Of a stretch of DNA of 64,000 nt, positions 26,471-38,646 are shown one piece after another. The stretch covers positions 32,001-96,000 of the forward strand of contig CAWGKG010000012.1 in the NCBI GenBank assembly GCA_963823035.1, in the 5' to 3' direction. The notes under the pieces are model-generated. The model searched no databases and was not told where the DNA came from. It worked only from the letters and a program-made list of their open reading frames with translations. This DNA comes from an uncultured Gemmatimonadales bacterium. GTDB taxonomy: Bacteria > Gemmatimonadota > Gemmatimonadetes > Longimicrobiales > Gaopeijiaceae. The translations under genes and the position numbers were made by a program. The first letter of the stretch is position 1; every line of letters begins with the position of its first letter.

Positions 26471-26970
26471 TCAGCCGGGGCTGAGGACCACGCGCCGGTT
26501 CTGGGACCAGGCCACCTCGTCATGTGCCTGCCACGCGCCGGCTTTTCCTTGCCGTAACTGATGGTGGCGATGCGCGCGGGATCGATGCCCAGCGCTACCA
26601 GAAGGTCCTTCACGGCGGCGGCACGGCGCTCGCCCAGGGCGAGGTTGTATTCCCGGCTGCCACGCTCGTCGCAATGGCCTGCGACAACGATGTCAATGTC
26701 GGGATAGCGCGCCAGGGCATCGGCCCAGGTACGGATCGTGTCGCGCGCAGCCTGGTCCAGCGTGGCGCTGTCGAACGCGAAGAAAACGCGGTCCGTCGTG
26801 CCCAGCGCGGCGGCGAAGTTGGCGTAGATGTCGGGCTGGTCGCCGGCGCTCGCGCCGAACTCACCGAGGTCGCCCTGCGTGCTGTAGTCGACGACGAGGT
26901 CGGACGACGACTGGGCGCAGGCGGCAAGCCCGAGCATGGCCACTGCAAGTCCGATCAGAACCAGACGCAT
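26471..26970 (-). CDS. Pal-like OmpA-family lipoprotein (second paralogue)
   Basis: GGAGGAGG RBS, lipobox [41 protein letters not shown]; one frameshift. Confidence 0.9.
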
Positions 26971-27140
26971 CGCGTTCGTCCTCCTCCGCTGGCATCCGCG
27001 ACGGCGGCTTGGCCGCACGGAACTGGCGCCTCGGAGGATTCATGGCTCAAAACGGCGGAGGATTCACCTGTCGATTGCCGCGACCCAATGGCGGATCGAG
27101 GCGGTCTGGCGGAAGAATTCCGTCCCGGATCGATCCGACC

Positions 27141-28087
27141 CTAGCTGCAGCCCGCCGAGGACGCCTCCTGCGCCGCCTTGTCGCGCACGGTCTGGGCGCG
27201 TCGGGAAACTTGCTCTTGAGTTCGTTGAAGGTCGCGCACGCCTCGGCGTTCTTGCTGAGCCGGGTGAGCGTCATGCCGAGCTTGAGCAGGTTGTCGGGCG
27301 CCTTGTCGCCGTCGGGAAACTTCTGATAGCCCTTCAGAAAGGCAATCGCGGCCTGCTGGTAGGAGTTCCTCACGTAGTAGGTCTCGCCCAGCCAGTAGTA
27401 GGCGTTGCCCGAGAGCTGGCTGTCGGGGTGCATCGTGATGAACTCGTTGAAGGCGGTCTCGGCGCCGTCGTAGTCGGCCTTGCGCAGCAGCGAGAACGCG
27501 TAATTGTACTGGTCCATCTCGCTGCCGGCCGGCAGCACCGAACCGGCCGCGCCGGCGTCGCCGCTCTGGCCGGCGGTCAGATCGTCCTGGGTCAGGTTGC
27601 CCTGGCTGGCGCCGGTGTTGCCCGAAGCGGCTCCGGTATCGGCCGCCTGCCCGGTCGTGTCCGCCGTCCCCGTCGTGTCGGTCGCCGCTGTGCCGCCCGA
27701 CGCTGTGGCCCCGGCCGCCGCGCCGCCCTGCAGCGCGGAGAAGCGGGCGTCGAGATCGGAGATCAGCTTGTCGAGCCGGTCGCTGATCTGGCTCTGGCGA
27801 TGCTGGAGCTCCTCAACGCTACCGGTGAGCTGGCGGATTTTCTCCTCGAGCTGCTGGACGCGAAGCTGGAGATCCGCGCTGCCGGTCGTGCCGGAGCTGT
27901 CGGTCGAGGGCACCACCGAGCTTGGCTGGCCCTGGCCGGCATAGACGTAGCGCTGCAGGTCGGTGACGTCGTTGCGCAGGCGCTGGAGATCCTGGGACAA
28001 GGTCTGCAGGCTGGTGCTCTGGGCATGGGCCGTCCCGGCACCCGCCATCAGCCCGATTACGACAAGCAGAGCAAAACCGACCTTCAT
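27141..28087 (-). CDS. cpoB: Tol-Pal associated TPR protein CpoB/YbgF
   Basis: Signal peptide, coiled coil (LEEKIRQLTGSVEEL), TPR (YNYAFSLL, NAYYWLGETYY, KAPDNLLKLG, ACATF). Confidence 0.92.
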
Positions 28088-28168
28088 CGGACCGATCCCG
28101 AACCGTTCCATCACCATCCTCCGTCGCAACCGGGGCAGAAAATCAGGCATCGCGGCGCATCCGGGCCT

Positions 28169-28224
28169 CAAAAAGACAAGGGCCGCCCCGAGCGCCCCGA
28201 CAAGCGGTGGCTCGGAGCGGCCCC
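28169..28224 (-). terminator. Intrinsic terminator after pal
   Basis: Stem GGGCCGCTCCGAGC/GCTCGGGGCGGCCC followed by TTGTCTTTTT on the minus strand. Confidence 0.6.
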
Positions 28225-28248
28225 AACACGTGAACCCGGACGAGACGT

Positions 28249-28748
28249 CTAGCCCAGGGTCAGAACAGCGCGGCGGTTGGCCTGCCATGCCGCTTCGGTA
28301 TGACCCTCGACCGCCGGGCGTTCCTTGCCGTAGCTGATGGTCGCGATCCGGCTGGGATCGATACCAAGCGCCACGAGATAGTTCTTCGCCGCGTTGGCGC
28401 GACGCTCACCCAGCGCCAAGTTGTACTCGCGCGTGCCGCGCTCGTCACAATTGCCCGTGATGGTCACGGTGACCTGCGGATAGGCCTGCATCCATTCGGC
28501 CCAACGGCCGATGGTGCGCTCGGAATCGGCATTGATCACCGAACTGTCGAAGCCGAAGAAGACCGAGCCGCCGAACTCCATGTCGATGTATTCCTGGCTC
28601 AACGGATCGATGGCGTCTCGACACCTCACGGTATCTTCCGCGGCCATTTCGTCACCGGTGCCCATCACTTATCGGTCGTCTCAGGCGTCGATTTGCACGC
28701 AGCGACGAGCAACATGGCGGCGAACAGACTAATTAGTTTAACGCGCAT
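28249..28748 (-). CDS. pal: Peptidoglycan-associated lipoprotein Pal (canonical position), frameshifted
   Basis: [18 protein letters not shown] lipobox; [37 protein letters not shown]; between tolB and cpoB. Confidence 0.93.
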
Positions 28749-28903
28749 GCGAGATATCCCCTCTCTCAATAGATAGTTACAAAGTTCGACGCGCTCTGAA
28801 GTGGCCAGGAAGGTTTTTTACGCCCCCTTCGTGGAAATCCAGATAGTTTCGGCCCATCCTTTTACAGGATAAGCGAAATTCAGCGCGACTATAGATTGCT
28901 CCC

Positions 28904-30248
28904 CTATGGAATCAAGGGCGACCACGCGGGATCGGAGCCATCCAGAGGGGTTTCTACTTGTCTTTCGTTTCGTCCAGTAAGATCAATAGAGAACAGTTTT
29001 GCGACCGTTTGGTTCCCCACCGGCGTCTCGCGGAAGAACATCAGCACCCGGCCATTCGGCGCCCAGGTCGGCCCCTCGACCAGATAACCGTTGGCAATCA
29101 GCCGCTCGCCGAGCCGTCGGTGCGCATGACGCCGATGTAGAACTGGCCCTTGTCGCTCTTGGTGAAGGCGATCAGGTCGCCGCGCGGCGACCACACCGGG
29201 GTCGCGTAGCGGCCCTCGCCGAAGCTGATGCGCTGCACGTTCGCTGCCGTCGGCGTTCATCACGTAGAGCTGCTGGCGTGCCGCCGCGGTCCGAGTTGAA
29301 GACGATGCGGCTGCCGTCGGGCGAATAGGACGGCGAGGTGTCGATCGCCGGGTCGTTGGTCAGCCGCTCGACGCGCCGGGTCGCGCAGGTCCATGATGTA
29401 GATGTCGGAGTTGCCGTCCTGCGCCAGGCGACATGATCACCTTGTTGCCGTCGGGCGAGAAGCGCGGCGCGAAGGTCATGCCCGGGAAATCGCCGAGCAC
29501 CTCCTGCTGTCCGGTGTCGATGTTGTAGAGATAGACGCGCGGCGTGTCGTTGACGTAGGACAGATAGGTGATTTCCTGCGCCGATCGGCGAGAAGCGCGG
29601 CGTCAGCACCAGATGGCGCCGTCGGTCAGGAACCGGTGGTTGGCGCCGTCCTGGTCCATGATCGCGAGCCGCTTGATGCGCGCGGTTCGGCGGCCCGCTC
29701 TCGGCGATATAGACGATGCGGGTGTCGAAATAGCCGTCCTCGCCGGTCAGGCGCTTGTAGATCGCGTCGGCGATGATGTGGGCGATGCGCCGCCAGTTCT
29801 CGGCGTGTCGTCGTGATAGGCGAGGCCGACCATCTGCTGCTCGGCGAAGACGTCCCACAGCCGGAACTCGACCGCGCAGCCGGCCGTCGGCCTGCGGTCG
29901 ACCGCGCCGGTGACCAGCGCCTGGGCGTTGATCGCGCGCCAGTCGCCGAAGCGCGGCGCGACGTCGATGTCCGGCCGCGCTCTGGATGAAGGCGCGCTGG
30001 TCGATCGGCGTGAACAGGCCGGAGCGCTCCAGGTCGGCGGCGATCACCGCCGGCGATGTCCTGGCCCCGAGTCGCCGTCCTCGCCCTGGCCGACGAAGTC
30101 GGTCACGGCGATCGGCAGCGGCTCGACGTTGCCCTGCGTGATGTCGATCATGCAGCTCGGCCCGCGCCGGCTGCCGGTCCGCAGCACCGAGAAGCAGGCC
30201 ACGAGCGACAGGAGATCGGCGCCTGCACTTCAGGTGACAACGCATCAT
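28904..30248 (-). CDS. tolB: Tol-Pal beta-propeller protein TolB, frameshifted
   Basis: [45 protein letters not shown]40 repeats, SDPAWSPL. Confidence 0.95.
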
Positions 30249-30263
30249 GGCATCGTCATGATC

Positions 30264-31238
30264 TCAGAGCATCTGCTCGGGTCGAAATTCAGCATCATGA
30301 TCCTGCCAATGCTCGTAGCTGGTCGAGCGGCAAGTCCTGCAACGGATGGCATCTGCAGATAAAGCACGGCGCGCAGCGCGCTCTCCGCGGCCGCCCGGAA
30401 GAACGGTCCCGGCGCATGCGCCGACGACGTCGTTGACTCTGGCGTTCAGCACGGCCGTCGGGCGCGAGCGCAGACATGGATCGTCCACGACGCAGGTCCT
30501 CCGCATCCCGCCGCGCCGCGCCGGCGATCTGCCAGCGCTGGCTCGATCTCGCTGGCGATCGCGTCGACCAGCGTGGCGACGCGCCTGGTCCGAGACGTTG
30601 GGCGCCGCGGCCGCGTGTCAGCGTCGAGCGCGACCTGATCGAAGCTGGTCGAGCTGTCGCTCGTCTGGCTCGGTCGGCGCATCGGCACCGGCTCGGTCGG
30701 CGTCTTGTCGGCCAGCAGGCTGTCGGCGACCTGGTCGAGGTTCTTCTGGTCGGCTTCGGCTTGTCCGGCGCGGCTTGGGCTTCGTGCACCGGCACCGGCG
30801 CGGCGACCTCGGCGCTCGGCGCCGGGTCGGGCTCGGGCTCGGCGACCTCCGGCTGCGGCGCCGGCATCGGGCTTCGGTCAGCGGCTCGGGCTCGGGCAGC
30901 ACGCCGGTTCGGGTGCGGGCTGGGGCTCGGGCGCCGGCTCGCGTCGGGCAGCGGCACGGGCTCCGGCGGCGCGAGCTTGGCCTGCGGCTCGGGCTGCGGC
31001 GCCGGCTCGGGCTGCTGCTGCGCCGTGTCGGCGGCGGCTGCTCGGCTTCGGTCCTCCGGCTTGGCCTGGGGCACCGGCGGTCGGCGCGGCGATCTGATCG
31101 ACAGCGTCACCAGCTCGACGTCGATGGTCGGCTCGGTCCGGCGTCACGTTGTCCAACAGCTGCGGCAGACCGACGATCGCAGCGACGATCAGCACGCATG
31201 GAGACGAGATCGACAGCGCGATGCCGGTGCGCCGGCAC
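30264..31238 (-). CDS. tolA: TolA-like protein with Pro/Glu-rich linker, heavily frameshifted
   Basis: N-terminal TM with S...H, PEP/QPE low-complexity linker, position between tolR and tolB; boundaries approximate. Confidence 0.8.
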
Positions 31239-31702
31239 GGCCTTCGCCGCCCTCCTGTGCCTCGTCCGGCAGCTCGGCGATCAGCGCGACATGGGTGAAG
31301 CCGGCCTGGTTGAGCGCGCCCATCACCGTCATCACGTCGCCGTAGGCGACACGCCTGGTCGCCGCGCACGAAAATGCGCTGACCTCGCGGATTGTCTGCG
31401 TGATTGCGACAAGACGCGGGCCAAGTCCTCGAGCGTGATCTCGGTGTCCTGCAGGAAGACGTGCCTTCGGCGTCGACCGAGATGACCAGCGGCTCGTCCT
31501 GGCCGGCCATGCTCCGGCGCCTGGGTCTTCGGCAGGTCGACCGGGACGCCGACGGTCAGCAGCGGCGCCGTCACCATGAAGACGATCAGCAGCACCAGCA
31601 TCACGTCGACCATGCGGCGTGACGTTGATCTCGCTCATCGGCGCGGCGCCGGCGGCGCGCCCGCGCGCTGCGCGGCCCGACCGGCGTTGGATTGGACCGC
31701 CA

Positions 31703-31703
<1 letters not shown>
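31235..31703 (-). CDS. tolR: TolR, frameshifted
   Basis: PMSEINVTP.VDVMLVLLIVFMVTAPLLTVGVPVDLPKT, IFVRGD, YGDVMTVMG; 3' end approximate. Confidence 0.92.
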
Positions 31704-32461
<758 letters not shown>

Positions 32462-32485
32462 GTCGTTGCACCTGCACTAAGGTGA

Positions 32486-32932
32486 TCATTCGATGTCGCT
32501 CCGGCGCAGCAGGCGCGCGCAGCTCGCCGGCGGCATGCGGTGCGGCCGGCCGTCGCGCGCCCACGCAGGCGAGGCGCACGGCCATGCGCACCAGTCGTCG
32601 TCGCCGTCGCGCGCACGACCTGCTCGCATCCGAGTGCTCGCGCCGCCGAGCCGTCGACGATGCGGGTCACGACCTCCAGCTCGTCGTCGAGCCGCGCCGG
32701 CTGCAGATAGTCGATCTCGCAGCGGCGCACCGCGAAGACCAGCGCCGGTCGCGCCGGCGCAGCGCCGCTGTGGTCGAAGCCCAGCGTCGCGCAGCAACTC
32801 GGTGCGCGCCGCGCTCGGCGAAGCGCAGGTAGTTGCGCGTAGATAGACGATGCCGCCGGCATCGGTGTCCTCGTAGTAGACCCGGACCGGGAAGACGATG
32901 CGGCCGTCGGCGTGCGGCCAGCGCTCATTCAT
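32486..32932 (-). CDS. ybgC: Tol-pal associated acyl-CoA thioesterase YbgC, frameshifted
   Basis: [33 protein letters not shown]. Confidence 0.92.
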   Translation of the reverse strand: MNERWPHADGRIVFPVRVYYEDTDAGGIVYLRATTCASPSAARTELLRDAGLRPQRRCAGATGAGLRGAPLRDRLSAAGAARRRAGGRDPHRRRLGGASTRMRAGRARDGDDDWCAWPCASPAWARDGRPHRMPPASCARLLRRSDIE

Positions 32933-33996
32933 CGCCTCGTCGTCCGTCGCCGCCGTCCAACAGCTCGAGCTGGTCGCTGCAGCGCCTGCGGCACGGGCAG
33001 GCCGAGGTGGCGCGAAGCCGCCTGCGGTCAGCATGCGGCCGCGCGGCGTGCGCTGCACGAAGCCCTGCTGGATCAGATACGGCTCGATGACGTCCTCGAT
33101 GGCGTCGCGCTGCTCGGACAGCGCCGCGGCCAGCGTCTCGACGCCGACCGGCCCGCCGCCGTAATTCTCGGCGATGCAGGCGAGATAGCGCCGGTCCATG
33201 GCGTCGAGGCCGCTCTGGTCGACTTCCAGCCGGCTGCAGCGCCGCGTCGGCGGCCGCGGCATCGATCCGCTCGTCGCCGCCGACCGCGGCGAAGTCGCGC
33301 ACCCGGCGCAGCAGCCGCACCGGCGACCCGCGGCGTGCCGCGCGCGCGCCGCGCGATCTCGCGCGCGCCGTCGGCGGTCAGGTCGAGGCCGAGCACCCGC
33401 GCGCCCGCGCGACGACGATGCGCTCGAGCTCGTCGGCGCTGTAGAAATCGAGCCGGAGCGGAATGCCGAAGCGCTCGCGCAGCGGCGTCGTCAGCAGGCC
33501 CGAGCGCGTCGTCGCGCCGACCAGGGTGAACGGCGGCAGGTCGATGCGCACCGAGCGCGCCGCCGGCCCCTCGCCGATGATCAGGTCGAGCTGGAAGTCC
33601 TCCATCGCCGGATAGAGGATCTCCTCGACCGCCGGGTTGAGCCGGTGGATCTCGTCGATGAACAGGACGTCGCGCGGCTGCAGGTTGGTCAGCAGCGCGG
33701 CCAGATCGCCGGCGCGCTGCGATGACCGGGCCCGAGGTCGCGCGGAAGCCGACGCCGAGCTCGCGCGCGACGATCTGCGCCAGCGTCGTCTTGCCGAGGC
33801 CCGGCGGGCCGTGCAGCAGCACGTGGTCGAGCGCCTCGCCGCGCGGCCGCGGCCGCCTGGATGAAGACCGCGCAGATTGTCGCAGACCTGCGCGCTGGCC
33901 GACGAAGTCGTCCAGGCGTCTGGGGCCGCAGCGTGACCGTCCACGTCGTCCTCGCCGCGCCGGATCGCCGCTCGACCAGCGCGTCACGTCGCTCAC
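32925..33996 (-). CDS. ruvB: Holliday junction branch migration helicase RuvB, frameshifted
   Basis: [49 protein letters not shown]. Confidence 0.97.
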
Positions 33997-34621
33997 CGCG
34001 CGAGCTCCTTCAGGCCGCCGCGGATCAGCGCCTCGACGGTGGCGTCGTCGCCCAGCGCGCTGCGCCGCGGCGGCCACCGCGCCGAACGCCTCGGAGCGGC
34101 CGTAGCCGAGATTGACCAGGGCCGAGACCGCATCGGCGTCGGGCCGCGCTCGGGGCCGCGGCCGCCGGCCGCGGCGCTGCAGCGCGGCGCCCGGGCGCCA
34201 GGCCGACGATCGCCCGACGCCTGTCCTTCAGCTCGGTCGACGATGCGCTGGCGCCAGCTTCGGCGCCGACGCCGTTGGCGCGCGTCACCGCCGTCTTGTC
34301 CTCGGCGAGCGATGGCCTGGGTCAGCTCGTCGCGGCGACAGCACGCTCAGGATCGCCAGCGCGACCCGCGCGCCGACGCCCTGGACGGTCGTCAGCAGGC
34401 GGAACCAGTCGCGCTCGGCCGTCGTCGGCGAAGCCGTAGAGGTGGATGTGGTCCTCGCGCACGTGGGTCTCGACATAGGCGGACGCCGCGCTGCCCGACG
34501 CCGCGCAGGCGCGCGCAGCGTCGCGCGCCGAGCAGACGAGCAGATAGCCGACGCCGCCGACGTCGATCACGCCCAGTCGTCGCCGACGCGTGTCGACGGT
34601 GCCGGTGAGCTTGCCGATCAT
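33993..34621 (-). CDS. ruvA: Holliday junction branch migration protein RuvA, frameshifted
   Basis: [46 protein letters not shown]. Confidence 0.93.
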
Positions 34622-35142
34622 GCGCCGTGCCCTCGACGCGCGGCCTGGCGCGCGGCGCGGCCCGGTCGGTCGCCGCGTGGTGGGCATGGCAGATCGCGAC
34701 CGCCAGCGCGTCGGCGGCATCGCGCCGTCGATGCGCGCGCCGGGCAGCAGGATGCGCACCATCATGCCGACCTGGTCCTTGTCGGCGTGGCCGGTGCCGA
34801 CCACCGATCTTCTTGACCAGGTCGGCGGCATATTCGTGCGACCGGCGAGCCCGGCGAGGCCGGCGCCAGCAGCGCGACGCCGCGCGCCAGGCCGAGCTTC
34901 AGCGTCGATGCCGGGTTGCGGTTGACGAAGGTCTCCTCGACCGCCGCCTCGTCCGGCGCGTATCGCGCGGCGACCGCCTGCACGCCGTCGAAGATGCTGG
35001 TCAGGCGCAGTGCGCCATGGTCGGCGTCGCCGGCGGTCGAGATCGACGCCGTTGGCGACGTGGCTCAGGCGATTGCCGTCGACGTCGATCACGCCCCAGC
35101 CGGTGTGGCGCAGCCCGGGATCGAGGCCGAGCACGCGCGCAT
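34618..35142 (-). CDS. ruvC: Crossover junction endodeoxyribonuclease RuvC, frameshifted
   Basis: [48 protein letters not shown]. Confidence 0.95.
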
Positions 35143-35154
35143 CGATCCGCGTCC

Positions 35155-35908
35155 TCAGGCCGACGAGCCGTTCCATGACGTCGTCGGCGATCTCGAAATT
35201 GCGCCGAGACCGTCTGGACGTCGTCGTTGTCCTCCAGCGCGTCGATCAGCTTACAGGGTGGCGCGCCTTGTCCTCGTCGACGTCGACGGTGTTCTGCGGC
35301 TTCCAGACCAGCCCGGCCTCGCTGCGGCGTCGCCGAAGCGCTCGACGAGCGCCTCGCGCACCTGGCCGAAATCGTCGGGCGCGCAGAAGATCGTCGTGGC
35401 CCTCGGCGTCGGACTGCGACATCGGTCGCGCCGGCCTCCAGCGCCGCCTCGAACATGGTCGTCGGCGTCGCCGACCTCGGCCGGATAGACGATGGCCGAC
35501 GCGCTCGAACATGAAGGCGACGCTGCCGGTCTCGCCCAGCGCGCCGCCGTGCTTGTTGAACGCCGCGCGGACCTCGCGAGGCGGTGCGGTTGCGGTTGTC
35601 GGTCAGCGCCTCGACGATGATCGCGACGCCGCCCGGGCCGTAGCCCTCGTAGCGGATCTCCTCGTAGTTGGCGTCGTCGTCGCCGCCGGCGGCGCGCTTG
35701 ATCGCGCGCTCGATGTTGTCCTTGGGCATGTTGGCCGCGCGCGCGGCGCGATCGCGGCGCGCAGGCGCGGGTTGTGCGTCGGGATCCGGCATGCCCTGGC
35801 GCGCGGCAACGGCGATCTCGCGGCCGAGCTTGGTGAAATGCTTGGCGCGCTTGGCGTCCTGCGCGCCCTTGCGGTACATGATGTTCTTAACTTGGAATGG
35901 CCGGCCAT
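35155..35908 (-). CDS. yebC: YebC/PmpR family protein, frameshifted
   Basis: [50 protein letters not shown]. Confidence 0.95.
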
Positions 35909-36042
35909 TGGATCCTCTGAACAAAAGTCGTCACGTGTTGATGCATCCAGATATCGCGGGCAATCGGGCAGCACAATACCACATCGTGTCGAAGCGGTCC
36001 GACACACTCGCGCGATTGCCGGGACGGCCCGGCGCCGGGCCG

Positions 36043-36225
36043 TCAGAGCTTGAAGACGGCGTCCGCGGAAGCACGCGCAGCCTTCTTGGCCTCGATCACG
36101 GTCGTGGCCCGCCCGATTTCTGCCATAAGCCTTGCAATATAGTCCTGCAGGGCCTCTATCGACATGGCTTCGAGGTTGGGCGTCTCGAGGGTCGGCCGCC
36201 GGGGTTCCAGATCATCGGTGTCCAT
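36043..36225 (-). CDS. DUF1192 small protein
   Basis: MDTDDLEPR...LEAMSIEALQDYIARL.AEI.R....K.A.RA.ADAVFK. Confidence 0.88.
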   Translation of the reverse strand: MDTDDLEPRRPTLETPNLEAMSIEALQDYIARLMAEIGRATTVIEAKKAARASADAVFKL

Positions 36226-36272
36226 GCGACGTTGCCTTTCGCCTGATTATCCCATTTGGACAGCGGTTTTCC

Positions 36273-36824
36273 ATGAGCGCAAGTCTTGGCCGCGTCGGCC
36301 GTTTCATCAAGCGATGGGCCGGGGTCATCATCCTGGGAGGAGTGGCGGCGACGTTCGTCACCGCGCTGGTCTTCGGCGTCATCCTGAGTACCGAGACGGC
36401 GCACCAGCTCGACGTCAGCGACCAGAGCCTGGACAAGCGGCTGGCCACCCTGCCGACCGACAGCACACCACAGCCCTTCCCCGTCGACGATCTGGAGGAG
36501 ATCTCGCCCGACTGGGACATCATCTGCTACGTCGGCAGCGGCTGGGTCTCCAAGGCGCTGCGCAAGGCACTCAACAACCCGCTTGACGGCTACCACTATG
36601 AGCCGCGCGATATCTACGGGGTCGAGGACTACTGGGTGATCGCCTTCGTCGACATCGAGAGCAAGACGGTCCACTCGATCGAGGTCGATCGCAACCCGAT
36701 CAAGGAGATCACCGGCCCGTCCTGCCTGGACCGGGACAGCGCCAAGATCGCCGCGGCCGACGATCCCGCGCTCTCCAACCACATCGACCTTGCCTTCGTC
36801 GGCGAGCCGGCCGAGCTTCGCTAG
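36273..36824 (+). CDS. Hypothetical membrane-anchored periplasmic protein
   Basis: Intact ORF with host-like codons, N-terminal TM (WAGVIILGGVAATFVTALVFGVIL), two Cys. Confidence 0.7.
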   Translation: MSASLGRVGRFIKRWAGVIILGGVAATFVTALVFGVILSTETAHQLDVSDQSLDKRLATLPTDSTPQPFPVDDLEEISPDWDIICYVGSGWVSKALRKALNNPLDGYHYEPRDIYGVEDYWVIAFVDIESKTVHSIEVDRNPIKEITGPSCLDRDSAKIAAADDPALSNHIDLAFVGEPAELR

Positions 36825-36877
36825 CGCGGGTCGCGCACGACCTTCCGGACGGGGCAGCGGCGCGGTTCCGCCAGATG

Positions 36878-36920
36878 GCGTGATTCCGATCTACATCATG
36901 ACGTTAGAGCAAATTCACGC
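36878..36920. repeat. Imperfect palindrome resembling the core of alphaproteobacterial RIME-like intergenic elements
   Basis: GCGTGATTCCGATCTA-N11-TAGAGCAAATTCACGC (12/16 complementary). Confidence 0.45.
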
Positions 36921-36984
36921 GCTCAACCTGATTCACGCCGAACGGGTTATGCCCTAGGCTGGCGCCGCAGCAACGGAGGACGAG

Positions 36985-37989
36985 ATGTCGACGTCGGTTC
37001 CCGAGACCATGACCGCGATCGAGTATAACGGCGGCGGCGGGCCGGAGGTCGTCAGGGTGGCGACGCGACCGGTGCCGGCGCCGGCGGTCGGCGAGGTCCT
37101 GGTCCGCGTCGCCGCCGCGGGCGTCAACCGGCCCGACATCCTGCAGCGCGCCGGCGGCTATCCGCCGCCGCCCGGCGCCAGCGACATCCCCGGGCTGGAA
37201 CTCGCCGGCGAGGTCGTCGCCAACGGCCCCGATTCCGATCGCCTGAAGGCCGGCGACAAGGTCATGGCGCTGGTCTCCGGCGGCGGCTACGCCGAATACT
37301 GCGTGGTGCCCGTGCCCCAGGCGCTGCCCGTGCCCGGGACCTCTCCATGGTCGAGGCGGCGGCCGTGCCGGAGACCTTCTTCACGGTCTGGACCAACGTC
37401 TTCCAGCGCGGCCGCCTGGTGGCCGGCGAGACGCTGCTGGTCCACGGCGGCGCCAGCGGCATCGGCACGACCGCGATCCAGCTCGCCAAGGCCCGCGGCG
37501 CCGCGTCTTCGTCACCGCCGGCAGCGACGAGCGCTGCCGCGCCTGCGAGGCGCTCGGCGCCGAGCGCGCCATCAACTACCGCAGCGAGGACTTCGTCGAG
37601 GTCGTGAAAGAGGCGACCGACGGGCGCGGCGTCGACGTCATCCTCGACATGGTCGGCGGCGACTACATCGCGCGCAACATCAAGGCGCTGGCGATGGAGG
37701 GACGCATCGTCTTCATCGCCTTCCTGGGCGGCTCGAAGGCCGAGATCGACTTCCTGCCCGCTGATGATGAAGCGCGCGACCATCACCGGCTCGACCCTGC
37801 GCGCCCGCGCGGTCGCTGCAAAAGGGCCGAGATCGCCGACGAGCTGCGCCGCCGAGGTCCTGCCCCTGCTCGCAGCCGGCCGGGTCGCAGCCGGTGGTCC
37901 AGGCCACCTTCCCGCTGGCCGAGGCCGCCGCCGCCCAGGAGGCGATCCAGGTCGACCACGTCGGCAAGGTCGTGCTGACGGTCGCCTGA
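36985..37989 (+). CDS. NAD(P)H-quinone oxidoreductase (PIG3/zeta-crystallin family), frameshifted
   Basis: [59 protein letters not shown]. Confidence 0.92.
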
Positions 37990-38002
37990 GCCGTTCCGGA
38001 CT

Positions 38003-38506
38003 TCAGACGCGCCCGGCCAGCCGGGAAAGCGCCTCGCCCTCGACCGCCATGGTGACGACGCTCTCGTCGAGCTCGCGAGCACCCAGCCGGGCATAGAAGG
38101 CGCGCGCGGTGGCGTTGCCGTCCCAGACCTCCCAGCGCAGCATGGCGCAACCCTCGTCGAGCGCCGCGCGGGCGGCGGCCGCCATCAGGGCGCGGCCCGC
38201 GCCCAGGCCGCGCGCCACGGGCGTGACCACGCAGTCGGAGAGGTAGAGCACCGGTCGCGCCATGTGGAGGTCGAACCACTGGCCCAGCACGGCGACGCCG
38301 ATGACCTCGCCCGCCACGACTGCCACCAGATAGCGGCAACGCCGACGCGGCCCGAACCCCTCGGCGATCACACGCTCGGGCGTGAGCCCGGGATCGGGAT
38401 CCTCGACATGGCGCGCCAGCATGGCACCCAGATCGGCGATCGCCGGGGCATCGGCGTGCCGGGCCGCACGGACGGTCACACCACTCCTTGATCGCGTTCT
38501 TGCCAT
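38003..38506 (-). CDS. GNAT family N-acetyltransferase
   Basis: LYLSDCVVTPVARGLGAGRALM, NATARAFYARLG. Confidence 0.85.
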   Translation of the reverse strand: MARTRSRSGVTVRAARHADAPAIADLGAMLARHVEDPDPGLTPERVIAEGFGPRRRCRYLVAVVAGEVIGVAVLGQWFDLHMARPVLYLSDCVVTPVARGLGAGRALMAAAARAALDEGCAMLRWEVWDGNATARAFYARLGARELDESVVTMAVEGEALSRLAGRV

Positions 38507-38646
38507 GATTTGCAACCTTGTGTTTATCTTTCGTAATTGCGGTCGGCAGGTCGCGGATCGGTTGTCACAGCGGTCCTGCTCCATTAAGTAGAGCCTGACA
38601 TGACGGCGGCGCGCGGTGGTGCGCCGGCCGAACTTGAGGAGTCACC

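Noticed and set aside
25756..27018. Single tandem double-Pal protein (420-aa ORF)
   Set aside because: Produced by indels; each Pal has its own RBS, lipobox and stop, with a terminator between them.
30780..31080. Tandem repeats or CRISPR-like array
   Set aside because: Pro/Glu/Gln-rich TolA linker codons; no constant repeat-spacer structure and no cas genes.
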